IMG/VR virus record: IMGVR_UViG_3300035158_000222 | Span: 1-64,000 of that record | Length of the DNA: 64,000 nt | DNA from: a virus | Reading direction: 5' to 3' (one strand) | Shown: positions 15,038 through 24,528 of the stretch, piece by piece | Layout: every line of letters begins with the position of its first letter | Position numbering within the stretch: the stretch's first letter is position 1 | Position numbers and translations under genes: made by a program | Notes under the pieces: model-generated | The model's input: only the letters and a program-made list of their open reading frames with translations | Told to the model about the DNA's origin: nothing | Database searches by the model: none

Positions 15038-15655
15038 TTAGTCAAAGAGAATTGAGGACCATTCCAGGATCTTTTTCACCGTGTAGGCATCGCTGTGATT
15101 ACTTGTAGTAATCCACGGTTTATCCACAGCTGGGTTGTACGTAGGGACAATATAGGTCTTATAGCCCACTGGTTTCCTTCTGTACATCTTTGGAAGAACT
15201 AGGTAGCCGTTTCCGTGCCGTTCATGTAGATCTACGAATTCCTCTGTAATGCCGAAGTGCTTTAGAAGATAGTTACTACAGAAATGTCCTAGTGTAAAGA
15301 TAACCTTGGGACGTATGATATCGAGTTCTTCTATTATATATCTAGAGCACCCACGTATATCACTGTCGCCAGGTATATCGTTCTTGGTATAGTGACACTT
15401 CAGTAGGTATGTCATGTATACATCTTCTTTCTTCAATCCGATAGAGGAAATTATGGCCTCGACATTCTCACGCGCGTTGCCTACGAACGGCTTACCGCTT
15501 TCTTCCTCTTTTAGTCCCGGCATTTCTCCCACGAGGACGACCCGGGCCTCTACGTTTCCCGCTCCCACTACCGGATTTCTTTTTAGTTTGCAGTTCTTGC
15601 AATGTTCCAACCGGGAGTTCATCTTTGATAAATAATGTTCCTTGAACATTTCCAT
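15038..15655 (-). CDS. Uracil-DNA glycosylase family 4-like (Fe-S)
   Basis: CxxCxL, VGEMPG, GKPFVG, KC, C, IIRPKVIFTLG. Confidence 0.85.
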   Translation of the reverse strand: MEMFKEHYLSKMNSRLEHCKNCKLKRNPVVGAGNVEARVVLVGEMPGLKEEESGKPFVGNARENVEAIISSIGLKKEDVYMTYLLKCHYTKNDIPGDSDIRGCSRYIIEELDIIRPKVIFTLGHFCSNYLLKHFGITEEFVDLHERHGNGYLVLPKMYRRKPVGYKTYIVPTYNPAVDKPWITTSNHSDAYTVKKILEWSSILFD

Positions 15656-16334
15656 ATGCTTTGCATAATTCTGAGTAAGCACAGATATGGCAGAAGTTAG
15701 TCCGCTCCCTCTTGGGTAACGTCTGTTCTGCCCAGTGGCAGTTCAGGTCTCGTAGCTCTTTAACGAGATCTTCGAACTCGTCGTCGTCAAATACCATGAC
15801 AAGCTCGTCTCTCTCTCCTGTGTTTTTATTTACGTAGTACAGCCTGGCCTCTTTAAGGTCGGGATACCTATGCTTCTTCAGGAAATAAAAGTATGAACAT
15901 AGCTGCCTTCTGTGGGTATCAAAAGCCTTCTCCGGCATACGTGCACGAGCCCGGTAGTTGCGGTTATTCTGTGTCTTGATGTCCAGTAGGACCATGCCTA
16001 CCTCGAGTTCTATAATAGCATCGAAGTGCCCACAGTAGTTAAGCTCCTTGTCCTGCACAGAGCCCTCTTCTTCCACCAGAACGCCCATCTTTTTGAATGC
16101 TCTCTGCCTCCAGTGATGTGAGGCGTGCCCATCTTCGGCAGCATTCTTCCATTTATAAGGAGATGTCCCCCCTGTAACTATTCCTGTTCTATTCAGGAAC
16201 TGATGTCTTTTACATTTACCCAGTTGACTGGCGGGCCAGCACGACAAGCCTCTTTCTTTTTTAACCCGCTTACGCTTCTGGTCCATGTACTCACAGATAA
16301 CGTCGTCTATAGTTTTAAACTTTTTCTTTTTCAT
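15492..16334 (-). CDS. Cas4-like PD-(D/E)XK exonuclease
   Basis: SQLGKC, GHFD, LDIKT, QLCSY, CHICAYSELC. Confidence 0.85.
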   Translation of the reverse strand: MKKKKFKTIDDVICEYMDQKRKRVKKERGLSCWPASQLGKCKRHQFLNRTGIVTGGTSPYKWKNAAEDGHASHHWRQRAFKKMGVLVEEEGSVQDKELNYCGHFDAIIELEVGMVLLDIKTQNNRNYRARARMPEKAFDTHRRQLCSYFYFLKKHRYPDLKEARLYYVNKNTGERDELVMVFDDDEFEDLVKELRDLNCHWAEQTLPKRERTNFCHICAYSELCKAYGNVQGTLFIKDELPVGTLQELQTKKKSGSGSGKRRGPGRPRGRNAGTKRGRKR

Positions 16335-16554
16335 ATTTCATGACGGTATCTATCTTGTCTATAGCCCTGGCTTCTATCTGTCGTACTCTCTCACGAGAGA
16401 TATTCATCACCTTGGCTACTTCGGCTAGGGTACGGGCAGCCCCGTCCTCAAAGCCGTATCGCAGACGCAGCACCTTCCTCTGGTTAGCGCTGAGGACTGC
16501 AAATGTCCTTCCCCATTCCAGGAAATCTTTTGGTGTCATATTAATAATCTTCAA
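16315..16554 (-). CDS. Stand-alone sigma-70 region 4 HTH protein
   Basis: VLRLRYG...TLAEVA...ISRERVRQIEARA. Confidence 0.9.
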   Translation of the reverse strand: MKIINMTPKDFLEWGRTFAVLSANQRKVLRLRYGFEDGAARTLAEVAKVMNISRERVRQIEARAIDKIDTVMKYEKEKV

Positions 16555-16927
16555 ATTTGTCCATCATATCTTGAGTTATCTCTTTGGCTCCACCGAAGAT
16601 ATTACCTTCTCCGGTATAGAGAACCTTGACTACTCTTTCCTCAACGAACAAAACCTCATCCTCTACCCATGGAGTACCCTGGTCGACTTTGTCGTACTCA
16701 TGAAGGATAAACTTATCACCAGGTTTTATTTGTTTTACTTCCGGACCGATGGCTAAGGCTTCGCATGTATAGCGATGGCCTAGTCTGCCTTCACCTCCAC
16801 CATCATGTATATTGTCCGGAACAAAGAAGTCTGTGCCCGAGAACTTCTCAGGCTTAAGCCATTTGAAGGCCACGAGGTTTCGTAATACACGGGGCCTTGA
16901 CAGCTTTTCAAAATCTTTAATTTTCAT
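16541..16927 (-). CDS. GroES-like co-chaperonin
   Basis: ALAIGPEVKQIKPGDKFI...VLFVEERVVKVL. Confidence 0.7.
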   Translation of the reverse strand: MKIKDFEKLSRPRVLRNLVAFKWLKPEKFSGTDFFVPDNIHDGGGEGRLGHRYTCEALAIGPEVKQIKPGDKFILHEYDKVDQGTPWVEDEVLFVEERVVKVLYTGEGNIFGGAKEITQDMMDKFEDY

Positions 16928-16935
16928 ACCCCTTA

Positions 16936-16991
16936 ATTTTATCAAAGATAAATACCCCTGTCAAGTAGGGGTACGGGGGTATTTATCCACA
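16936..16991 (-). promoter_or_regulatory. Sigma70 promoter with 12-bp inverted repeat and DnaA box
   Basis: TTGACA-17-(TGn)TAAAAT; GATAAATACCCC (16947-16958)/GGGGTATTTATC (16976-16987); TTATCCACA 16983-16991. Confidence 0.75.
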
Positions 16992-16995
16992 GGGC

Positions 16996-17051
16996 AGAGC
17001 AGCACAAGTTTCCGAGCGGACCACTAAACACTCGAACCCAGGTGCCGCTCT
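16996..17051 (-). ncRNA. Hairpin RNA with apical loop UUUAGUGGUC
   Basis: AGAGCGGCAC/GTGCTGCTCT and CGAGTG/CGCTCG helices, each needing G-U on minus strand. Confidence 0.6.
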
Positions 17052-17060
17052 AACCAATGG

Positions 17061-17074
17061 CGAACTTAAGTTCG
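17061..17074. repeat. Palindrome CGAACTTAAGTTCG copy 2 (intergenic)
   Basis: Exact; 16 bp 17060-17075, abuts stop codon. Confidence 0.95.
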
Positions 17075-17075
17075 C

Positions 17076-17258
17076 TTATTGGTATTTCTTCTTGAGTTTC
17101 GCCATGAATTCCATAGCAGGCTGCTTAAAGTAGAAGCCCAATATGAAAGTGGCTACTGGTACAAGAACTTGAGAAGCTTCTTGAGCAATAAAAGCAGAGG
17201 CAACAGCGCCGCCAACTACGATTATTGCCAAGATAGCCATAGTGGTTTCTTTTGACAT
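17076..17258 (-). CDS. Small two-TM holin-like protein
   Basis: Two hydrophobic helices, GFYF, basic tail. Confidence 0.6.
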   Translation of the reverse strand: MSKETTMAILAIIVVGGAVASAFIAQEASQVLVPVATFILGFYFKQPAMEFMAKLKKKYQ

Positions 17259-17279
17259 AATAGTAGATTTATATGTTAA

Positions 17280-17588
17280 TTATCTAATCGCAGTTGTTCT
17301 TACTACTTTGAAGGGGCGCCGTATAACGACTGGGTTTCCACCCATTTCTCCTGAAAATTTCAGGATGTAGTCACCTACCTCGCTCGATGTCCAGAATATG
17401 TACCAGAGTCCGTCTGATCTCTTGTAAGGCCCACCGTTAAGCGTATCATTTGCCACTACAGTTCCTCTGGAAGTGGTTATCTCCCATGCTGGATTGTCAG
17501 GATCTGTCAAGACCCCCATCGTATTACGATAGGTACACTCGAAATAGACGGTATTCCCTAATTCAAATGTCTTGGTAGTGTGTAACAT
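17280..17588 (-). CDS. Ig-like virion structural protein
   Basis: GNTV...LTDP...SDGLWY...GDY pattern. Confidence 0.6.
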   Translation of the reverse strand: MLHTTKTFELGNTVYFECTYRNTMGVLTDPDNPAWEITTSRGTVVANDTLNGGPYKRSDGLWYIFWTSSEVGDYILKFSGEMGGNPVVIRRPFKVVRTTAIR

Positions 17589-17593
17589 ATATT

Positions 17594-20500
17594 TTATTTT
17601 TTATAAATCTTTAATGGATAACCCATACCGGCTCCTAATCCGAATCCCAGATGCTGCTGTTCTCTATCCAGTGTTATAGTTCCAGCGAACCCGGAACTAA
17701 TTGTTCTCATCGCATCCATTTCACCAGCGAATCCGGCTTCTTCTTCCTGTATTAGCAGGGCATCGCCCGTAAAGGCCGCAGAAACGGTCCTTAGGAGACT
17801 AGAATCCGCGGTCCATTGTCTCTGTTCTACTGCCTTCAAGGAGGCATCAGACGAGAAGTCGGCCCCCACAGTCCGCAAGAGACTTGAGTTGCTGCTGAAC
17901 TGGACCTCTGCTACTACATATAGGTTGGCATCTGCAGTGAACATGTCAGCTACAGTGCGCATGATAGACGCATCTCCTGATATGCTATCGGATATTACTC
18001 TTAACAGACTTGCATTGGCGTTGAATATCACATTTGTAGTCTTCACCAGGTTAGCATCGCCATTAAACTGATTTTCTTCTAGTTTGTACAGATTAGCATC
18101 ACCAGTAAATGTGTCTATTATCACCTTATTCAGACAGGAGTCTGCAGTAAACGTTGTACTTAGTATCTTCAGTAAGACCGCTCCGCCGGAGAACTGGTCT
18201 GATACAGACCGTTTCAGGTTACCATCTGCGGTTATAGTGAATGGCAGTACTGCGATGAGGTTAGCGTCTCCGATAAAGGAATCTGCTACCGTCCGTAGGA
18301 GGCTGCAGTCAGCGCTGAACTGCGCGTCAACCACCTTCTTCAAAGAAGAGTCTGAAGTGAATTGATTCTGTATTATAGCCAGTATTGCCGCATCACCAGA
18401 GAATGTAGCCGTTACTGTAGCTTTCAGATTAGCGTCACCTTCCCAGTAGAAGGCGCCTAGAGCTAGAATGCTGGCATCTCCAGTCCAGGAATTTGAGACA
18501 GTCTTCACAAGGTTACAGTCCCCTGACCAGTAATCTGTACCGATTCCCCTGATAGACGCGTCACCAGTAAAGCTGTTCGTGATAACTCTAAGTAGGCTTG
18601 AATCGCTGCTAAATACTGTAGCTTCTGTAGATATCAGACTAGCGTAACCTGTGAATACGGCGCCTACGACTCTTAATAGGTTAGAATTTGAACTGAAAGT
18701 ACCCAATTCTGATGACTTACAGTTCGCATTTCCGGTAAAGGAGCCATAAACTGTCGCCAGAAGATTCGCATCAGACAACACTGTCAGAGCTATTGTTCTT
18801 AGGAGACTACTATCCCCGCTGAACTGGTCCGTAATTATAGTCCTTAGATTAGCATCTGATGTATATGACGAACTTAAGTTCGCGAGTAGGTTAGAATCGG
18901 CCGTAAACGATGTAAGCACTATGCGCAACAGCACAGCATCTGCGGTTATTGACTGCGTTATTACCGCTTTTAGGCTAGCATTAGATGTAAATATATCAGA
19001 AGCAGTTCGTAACAAGTTGGCGCTACCAGAGAAGGACGTCTGTACTGCTGCAGTAAGGCTAGCATCCGCAGTTAGGGACAACTCTACAACACGCAATATG
19101 CTTGCTTGGGACGAGAACTGCTGACTTATGGTCTTCAATAAGCACCCATTACCTGTAAAAGTCGTCGCTATTCCAGCCTGTAGACTGGCATCAGAAGTGA
19201 ATGTATTAGAGACCAGTTTTACAAGATTAGCGTTTCCGCTAAATTGCGAGACTATATCAACTGCTTCAAGATTGGCATCTCCGTAGAAGAATACTGTCGG
19301 TATTATAAGTAGATTCGAATCACCAGAGAATTGCTGGCTTACCTGTCTCAGGAGAGACGCGTTACCGGTAAATGTATTACCGATAACTTTTAGCAGTACG
19401 GCATCCACGGTCCATGAAGCTACTTCTGTCTTAAACAGATTCGCATCTGAACTGAAGGTATTTGCCGTCTCGACCTGCAGATTAGCATCTCCAGTGAACT
19501 GCTGCGCGATCACTCTGAGCAGACTAGCATCACTGCTAAATGTATTTACAAGCAGCTTAAGCAGAGAAGCATCTCCATAGAAGATATTCTGTTCTATGCT
19601 AAGCAGACTAGCATCTGAGCTAAACTGGGCAGCTACGACTTTCAGTAGGCTTGCATCACCAGACACTGTATTCTGTACTGCCTTGTACAGGTTAGAGTCA
19701 CCACTGAAGCTGGCGCTTACTTCGCGCTTCAGGTTAGCATCAGAAGAGAATTGCTGTGATGGCGTTGAAGTTAGGTTGGCATCACCTGTAAACTGTACAG
19801 AAATTGCACCGGTTAGGTTCGCATCGGCAGTCCACGACTGTGTTACTATGTGTAACAAGCTGGCATCTGCCGCAAATGTATCAGAGATTACTCTCTTCAA
19901 ACTTGAATCAGAGGTGAGAGTAAAGCTCACTTCCAGTTTAAGATTCGCATCTGAGGTAAACACATTCGATAATGTTTCTATCAGATTAGCATCTCCGCTG
20001 AAGGTAGCGCTGACTATACGCAGCAGGCTGGCATCAGATGTATATGTCTGTAATATACCGACCTTAAGACTTGAATCACCGCTAAATGTGGCAGACACGT
20101 TCTTCTTTAAGTTAGTATCACCAGAGAAAGTATTTACTCCAACCTTCTTCAGGCTGGCATCACCACTGAACGTTGCAGATACTATCTTCCTTAGATTTGC
20201 GTCAGCAGTATATGAGTCTATGTGATGTGTCGAAATGTCAAGTAGTGTACCGTATTGGCTGCCATATGCCCATGCCGGGAACAATCCTCTCAGCTCCTCG
20301 CTGTAAAGGTATGAATCGCCAGAGAAAGTATTCTGCTCCGCACCGGTCAAGTTAGCATCGCCCGTAAATGTGTCTATATAGGTGTTAATCAAAAACGTGT
20401 CAGAAGTGAAGGAGTTCTCAACTACTAATAGGAGCGAAGAACTGCCGCTGAATGTATTCGCCTCTGTATCTGTCAGATTCGCATCACCTACAAAGCTTTG

Positions 20501-23500
20501 TACAACCGTGCCAACGAGATTAGCGTCTCCGCTAAGGATATTAGAGATGGCCAATCTCAGGTTGGCATCGGCTGTGAGCACAAGATATAGTATTTTCTTT
20601 AGACTTGCATCTGCAGAAAACACCTGATCGATTTGTTTTTGTAGGTTCGCGTCCCCGGCAAAAGAGTTCTGTATTGCTCTCTTTATACTACAATCACCAG
20701 TAAACGCCTGCGAAATTGTTGCTGTTAGGTTTGCATCACCAGTCCATGCATTACTTTCGACTGACTTCAAGGATGCATCACCACTAAAGCTGCTTGTAAT
20801 TTCGGACCTTGTAAGGTTCGCGTCCGCATTGAAGGACGCAGCCAGTACCGCTTTCAGGGAGGCATCTCCCGCGAAAGTAGTACCGACAACATACTTCAAT
20901 GAAGCATCACCTGTAATACTTTGTATTACAGTAGTTTTAAGATTAGAGTCACCTGTAATGAGGCTCTGTACGGCCCTCAGAAGGCTTGAATCACCTGATA
21001 TGGTATCAGACACCACCCTAAGTAGATTCGCGTCGCTACGGAGCTCCTGTGGCGTTATACGCAATAGTGAGGAATCACCTGTGAATTGCCCTAATTCTAT
21101 TGACTTTAGTGAAGCACTTCCCGTAAACACTGCAGTTACTACCCGTAACAGCGAACTGCCGCCTGTAAAGCTCGTAATTTCCTCTGATCTTAGCGAAGCA
21201 TCACCTACGAATGTATTAGATATATTAATTAGTAAACTTGCATCTCCGGTAAAGACAGTAGATACACCGCCCACGAGGTTTGCGTCCCCGCCGAATGAGG
21301 CTGTTATCACCTTGAGAAGTGATCCGTCAGCCACGAACGTCGTCGATTCTATAGACTTCATACTGGCATCACCAGTAAAACTGTCTGTTATATCGATCTT
21401 TTTCAGGTTAGCATCCGACGTTAATGTATTGGTTTCTTCACCGGTTAGATTCGCATCGCCTGTGAATGATTCTAATTGTATCATTTTGAGGCTCGCATCG
21501 CCCGTAATCGTATCATAAATGATACGCTTTAGGCTCGCAGATGATACGAATGTATCTGAAATTGTGATCAATAGACTGGCATCGGCCGTAAACTGTGCAG
21601 ATTCTGCACCGATTAGATTTGTATCGGCTGAGAATGTAGCGCTTACTTCTTTCTTCAGGTTACCGTCACCATAATAGAATACTGTCGGGACAATAAGAAG
21701 GTTACCGTCACCATAGAATGTGGCGGTTATTTCTTTCAGAAGACTGGCGTCAGCTGTTGCAGAATTTGCAACTACTCCTACTAAGTTAGCATCACCGGTG
21801 AAGTTGGCACTTACGATCCGCAAGAAAGAACCATCCGATACAAATGTATTGGATAGTACCCTCTTAAGAGAACCGTCACCCGTGAATGTATCTTGTATAT
21901 CAGTCTTCTTTAAATTTGAGTCTCCACTGAATGAATCTACTTCAGCTGTTGTCAGATTAGAATCACCCGCAAACGAAACGTTTACAGTTGTAAACAGATT
22001 GGTATTACCAGAGAATGTAGCACTTACTACGCGCTTAAGAGACGCATTACCTGTGAAGGTATCAGTCCCCTCTATCTTCAGACTGGCATCTCCGTAGAAA
22101 AATACTGTAGGTACAAACAAGAGATTACCATCGCCTGAGAATGCAGTGCTCACTGCGCCTACCAAGTTAGCATGTCCGTGGAAATCAACAGATACTTCGC
22201 CCACTAGATTAGAATCTCCGGAGTATGTATCTGTGGTTATTCTGAGTAGACTGGCATCAGAACTGAATGTATCCGATAGGGCTATGAGTAGACTAGCATC
22301 TCCATAGAATGGCGTCTCATATGAGTTGATCAATACAGTATCACCAGAGAAGGTAGACTCCTCGGTCTTAAGTAGGTTAGTATCGCTAGAGAATGTATCA
22401 GATTCTATGCTCTTCAAGTTAGCATCACCGTAGAATGGTGAGTCAAGGATGTTTCTTAGATTAGCATCCCCGGAGAATGTGGCTGCTATGTTCGTGATCA
22501 GCATTGCATCTCCCGTGAAGTCGTCCAAGTATGTATCTGTATCTGTGGGATCGCCTTCTAGTACAAATGTGTTGGGAGTCTTCTGGTTATTGTATGCAGC
22601 ATTGATCCATTCATCATCCTCCCTAGAATCCATGACCCACATTTCGTCGATCATTCCGTCCATCCAGTGACCATCACTATTAGAGGAACCAATTCTGAAT
22701 TCAAAGTCAGAGTTCTCTATAGAGCTCACGTTAGTTCCGTTCTGAGTAGATCCCTGCTGTGAACCGTCTACATAGAACTTAAAGTCCTTAGTAGCTCCAC
22801 CTATCCATGTAGCTGCTAGGTGATACCAGGTGGTAGCAGACGGACTCCAGTTAACAAGAGCATCGTCTTCACCGGGACCGTGCTCGTAGGGATTCATTCT
22901 GAATCTATAGTTAACTCCGTTGTAGTTATGACTCCATGTATATGCTCTTTTGCCCTCGGCTCCGACAGTATTGTATTTGCTCAAAAGTCCGAATGTCTGT
23001 CCACTCGTAGGTAGTGTCTCTATCTTATTCCAGCATAGGAACGTATGTTCTGTAGTCAGGTCCAGTCCTTGCTGATTAGCATTTGTTATATATAGGTGTT
23101 CGTTGTTAGATCGTTCAAAGTCTCCGGCTGTATCTATTTGTCCACTTGAAGAGCTCTGCACAGTATTATAATCAGTAAGATCATTCTGGTTTCTAGTACT
23201 ATCGGACCTTGTTCCGGATGTTTCGTCCAGGTGCCAGACGCCCTTGAAGTTGTCGTTCCATACGTTAAAACTTCCATATATACCTTCTTCGTGTGGCTGT
23301 GTCTTACCCGATTTGTTATACCATACATAGATATTTGTATTGGTAGAGCTTGATATGCTTGGTACCTTGACCCAGACCTGAGCCGTTCCGTTAGCCGGGT
23401 CTATGTCAGTAGTAAATTCCCTCACCTCGCAAGGTAGGATATTAGTACCGGCAGCATCAGAGCTAAACCGGATGTCACCACCGCCATTGAGCGCGGGGTA

Positions 23501-24517
23501 GCTTCCGTCAGAGTCGAACATCTCAGATGGTAGCGTTGTCTCATCCAGTAGGACGGGGAAATCTGTTAGGGTAGAATCTACCTTGCTTGACTGGATAGTA
23601 AGCTTACACTTCCTGCCCCAGTCCTGTAGATCTTCAGATGGTTCCGTTATAAGTACTTGGTCACCATATGTCTGGTGGACTGAACTATTGGACAGACATA
23701 AACGAAGTCTTGTGAACTGGTTATTTGTTCTATTCCGCATAAAGTTTATCCAGCTCGTCCAGGTTCCATCGTTTATGTTCGCCCTATACTGATGTGTAGT
23801 AAAGTTCCATTGGACAGTAAGCTTGTGCCAGGTATTTGTAGCTAGTCCTGTAGCAACGTCTACGTAGTCAGTATCATAGATTCTCCACCTTCCTGGATTT
23901 CCTTCGTATCTAGTCCACAGTACTTGCGTAGCACCGTCAAAGAGATGGAAGTGAACCTCACCTCCGGCACCGGCACACTTGCCCCAGTATGTCATTTCGT
24001 AGTTATCGGTATTAGTATCCTGTGTTATAGCAGTACGGAATGTATAGTCAAGCTTATCATCGCCGGCAGTAGTATTCGTGATACACTTGTCTGAGCTCTC
24101 TGCACCGTCTGTATCTATTATGTCTACATCGGTAGAACCTGACCAGCGCTTCTGACCATTGGCATCTCCGTTTGTCATATCATCAAAGGTTTCCTGGAAC
24201 ACCACAATCTTACCTACAAGGCTTGAATCTCCCGTAAAGGTATTCGGTTCTGTTTTGATTAGGTTAGCATTAGATGTAAATGTGCTGGCTATCTCTTTGA
24301 TGAAATAGCAATCGCCCGTGAACGAGTCCGAGTGTTCTTGGCTCAGACTCGCATCACCGGAGTATGTACTGGAGACAGTGCTTAGCAAACTAGCATCTGC
24401 AAGCATTGTATTATCTACGACCCGTGTCAGGCTCGCATTTGATGTGAAGGTTGCTGTCTGTTGATCAGACAGCCAGCCGCCATAAGATTGTGAGCCATAG
24501 GGCTGTCTTCCGTACAT
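17594..24517 (-). CDS. 2307-aa virion fibre protein: lectin-like, DUF2341-like and LamG domains plus >100 FxGDAxL repeats
   Basis: LTDFPVLL, GGDIRF, VWVKVP, GVWHL, WYHLAATW, FYVDG, GMIDEMW; 14-aa period. Confidence 0.85.
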   Translation of the reverse strand: MYGRQPYGSQSYGGWLSDQQTATFTSNASLTRVVDNTMLADASLLSTVSSTYSGDASLSQEHSDSFTGDCYFIKEIASTFTSNANLIKTEPNTFTGDSSLVGKIVVFQETFDDMTNGDANGQKRWSGSTDVDIIDTDGAESSDKCITNTTAGDDKLDYTFRTAITQDTNTDNYEMTYWGKCAGAGGEVHFHLFDGATQVLWTRYEGNPGRWRIYDTDYVDVATGLATNTWHKLTVQWNFTTHQYRANINDGTWTSWINFMRNRTNNQFTRLRLCLSNSSVHQTYGDQVLITEPSEDLQDWGRKCKLTIQSSKVDSTLTDFPVLLDETTLPSEMFDSDGSYPALNGGGDIRFSSDAAGTNILPCEVREFTTDIDPANGTAQVWVKVPSISSSTNTNIYVWYNKSGKTQPHEEGIYGSFNVWNDNFKGVWHLDETSGTRSDSTRNQNDLTDYNTVQSSSSGQIDTAGDFERSNNEHLYITNANQQGLDLTTEHTFLCWNKIETLPTSGQTFGLLSKYNTVGAEGKRAYTWSHNYNGVNYRFRMNPYEHGPGEDDALVNWSPSATTWYHLAATWIGGATKDFKFYVDGSQQGSTQNGTNVSSIENSDFEFRIGSSNSDGHWMDGMIDEMWVMDSREDDEWINAAYNNQKTPNTFVLEGDPTDTDTYLDDFTGDAMLITNIAATFSGDANLRNILDSPFYGDANLKSIESDTFSSDTNLLKTEESTFSGDTVLINSYETPFYGDASLLIALSDTFSSDASLLRITTDTYSGDSNLVGEVSVDFHGHANLVGAVSTAFSGDGNLLFVPTVFFYGDASLKIEGTDTFTGNASLKRVVSATFSGNTNLFTTVNVSFAGDSNLTTAEVDSFSGDSNLKKTDIQDTFTGDGSLKRVLSNTFVSDGSFLRIVSANFTGDANLVGVVANSATADASLLKEITATFYGDGNLLIVPTVFYYGDGNLKKEVSATFSADTNLIGAESAQFTADASLLITISDTFVSSASLKRIIYDTITGDASLKMIQLESFTGDANLTGEETNTLTSDANLKKIDITDSFTGDASMKSIESTTFVADGSLLKVITASFGGDANLVGGVSTVFTGDASLLINISNTFVGDASLRSEEITSFTGGSSLLRVVTAVFTGSASLKSIELGQFTGDSSLLRITPQELRSDANLLRVVSDTISGDSSLLRAVQSLITGDSNLKTTVIQSITGDASLKYVVGTTFAGDASLKAVLAASFNADANLTRSEITSSFSGDASLKSVESNAWTGDANLTATISQAFTGDCSIKRAIQNSFAGDANLQKQIDQVFSADASLKKILYLVLTADANLRLAISNILSGDANLVGTVVQSFVGDANLTDTEANTFSGSSSLLLVVENSFTSDTFLINTYIDTFTGDANLTGAEQNTFSGDSYLYSEELRGLFPAWAYGSQYGTLLDISTHHIDSYTADANLRKIVSATFSGDASLKKVGVNTFSGDTNLKKNVSATFSGDSSLKVGILQTYTSDASLLRIVSATFSGDANLIETLSNVFTSDANLKLEVSFTLTSDSSLKRVISDTFAADASLLHIVTQSWTADANLTGAISVQFTGDANLTSTPSQQFSSDANLKREVSASFSGDSNLYKAVQNTVSGDASLLKVVAAQFSSDASLLSIEQNIFYGDASLLKLLVNTFSSDASLLRVIAQQFTGDANLQVETANTFSSDANLFKTEVASWTVDAVLLKVIGNTFTGNASLLRQVSQQFSGDSNLLIIPTVFFYGDANLEAVDIVSQFSGNANLVKLVSNTFTSDASLQAGIATTFTGNGCLLKTISQQFSSQASILRVVELSLTADASLTAAVQTSFSGSANLLRTASDIFTSNASLKAVITQSITADAVLLRIVLTSFTADSNLLANLSSSYTSDANLRTIITDQFSGDSSLLRTIALTVLSDANLLATVYGSFTGNANCKSSELGTFSSNSNLLRVVGAVFTGYASLISTEATVFSSDSSLLRVITNSFTGDASIRGIGTDYWSGDCNLVKTVSNSWTGDASILALGAFYWEGDANLKATVTATFSGDAAILAIIQNQFTSDSSLKKVVDAQFSADCSLLRTVADSFIGDANLIAVLPFTITADGNLKRSVSDQFSGGAVLLKILSTTFTADSCLNKVIIDTFTGDANLYKLEENQFNGDANLVKTTNVIFNANASLLRVISDSISGDASIMRTVADMFTADANLYVVAEVQFSSNSSLLRTVGADFSSDASLKAVEQRQWTADSSLLRTVSAAFTGDALLIQEEEAGFAGEMDAMRTISSGFAGTITLDREQQHLGFGLGAGMGYPLKIYKK
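18869..18882. repeat. Palindrome CGAACTTAAGTTCG copy 3 (in CDS)
   Basis: Exact. Confidence 0.95.
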
Positions 24518-24528
24518 ATTAGGTTATT

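Noticed and set aside
15492-16334. CRISPR-Cas system suggested by the Cas4-like gene
   Set aside because: No repeat-spacer array or other cas genes seen; solo Cas4-like nucleases are common in phage replication blocks
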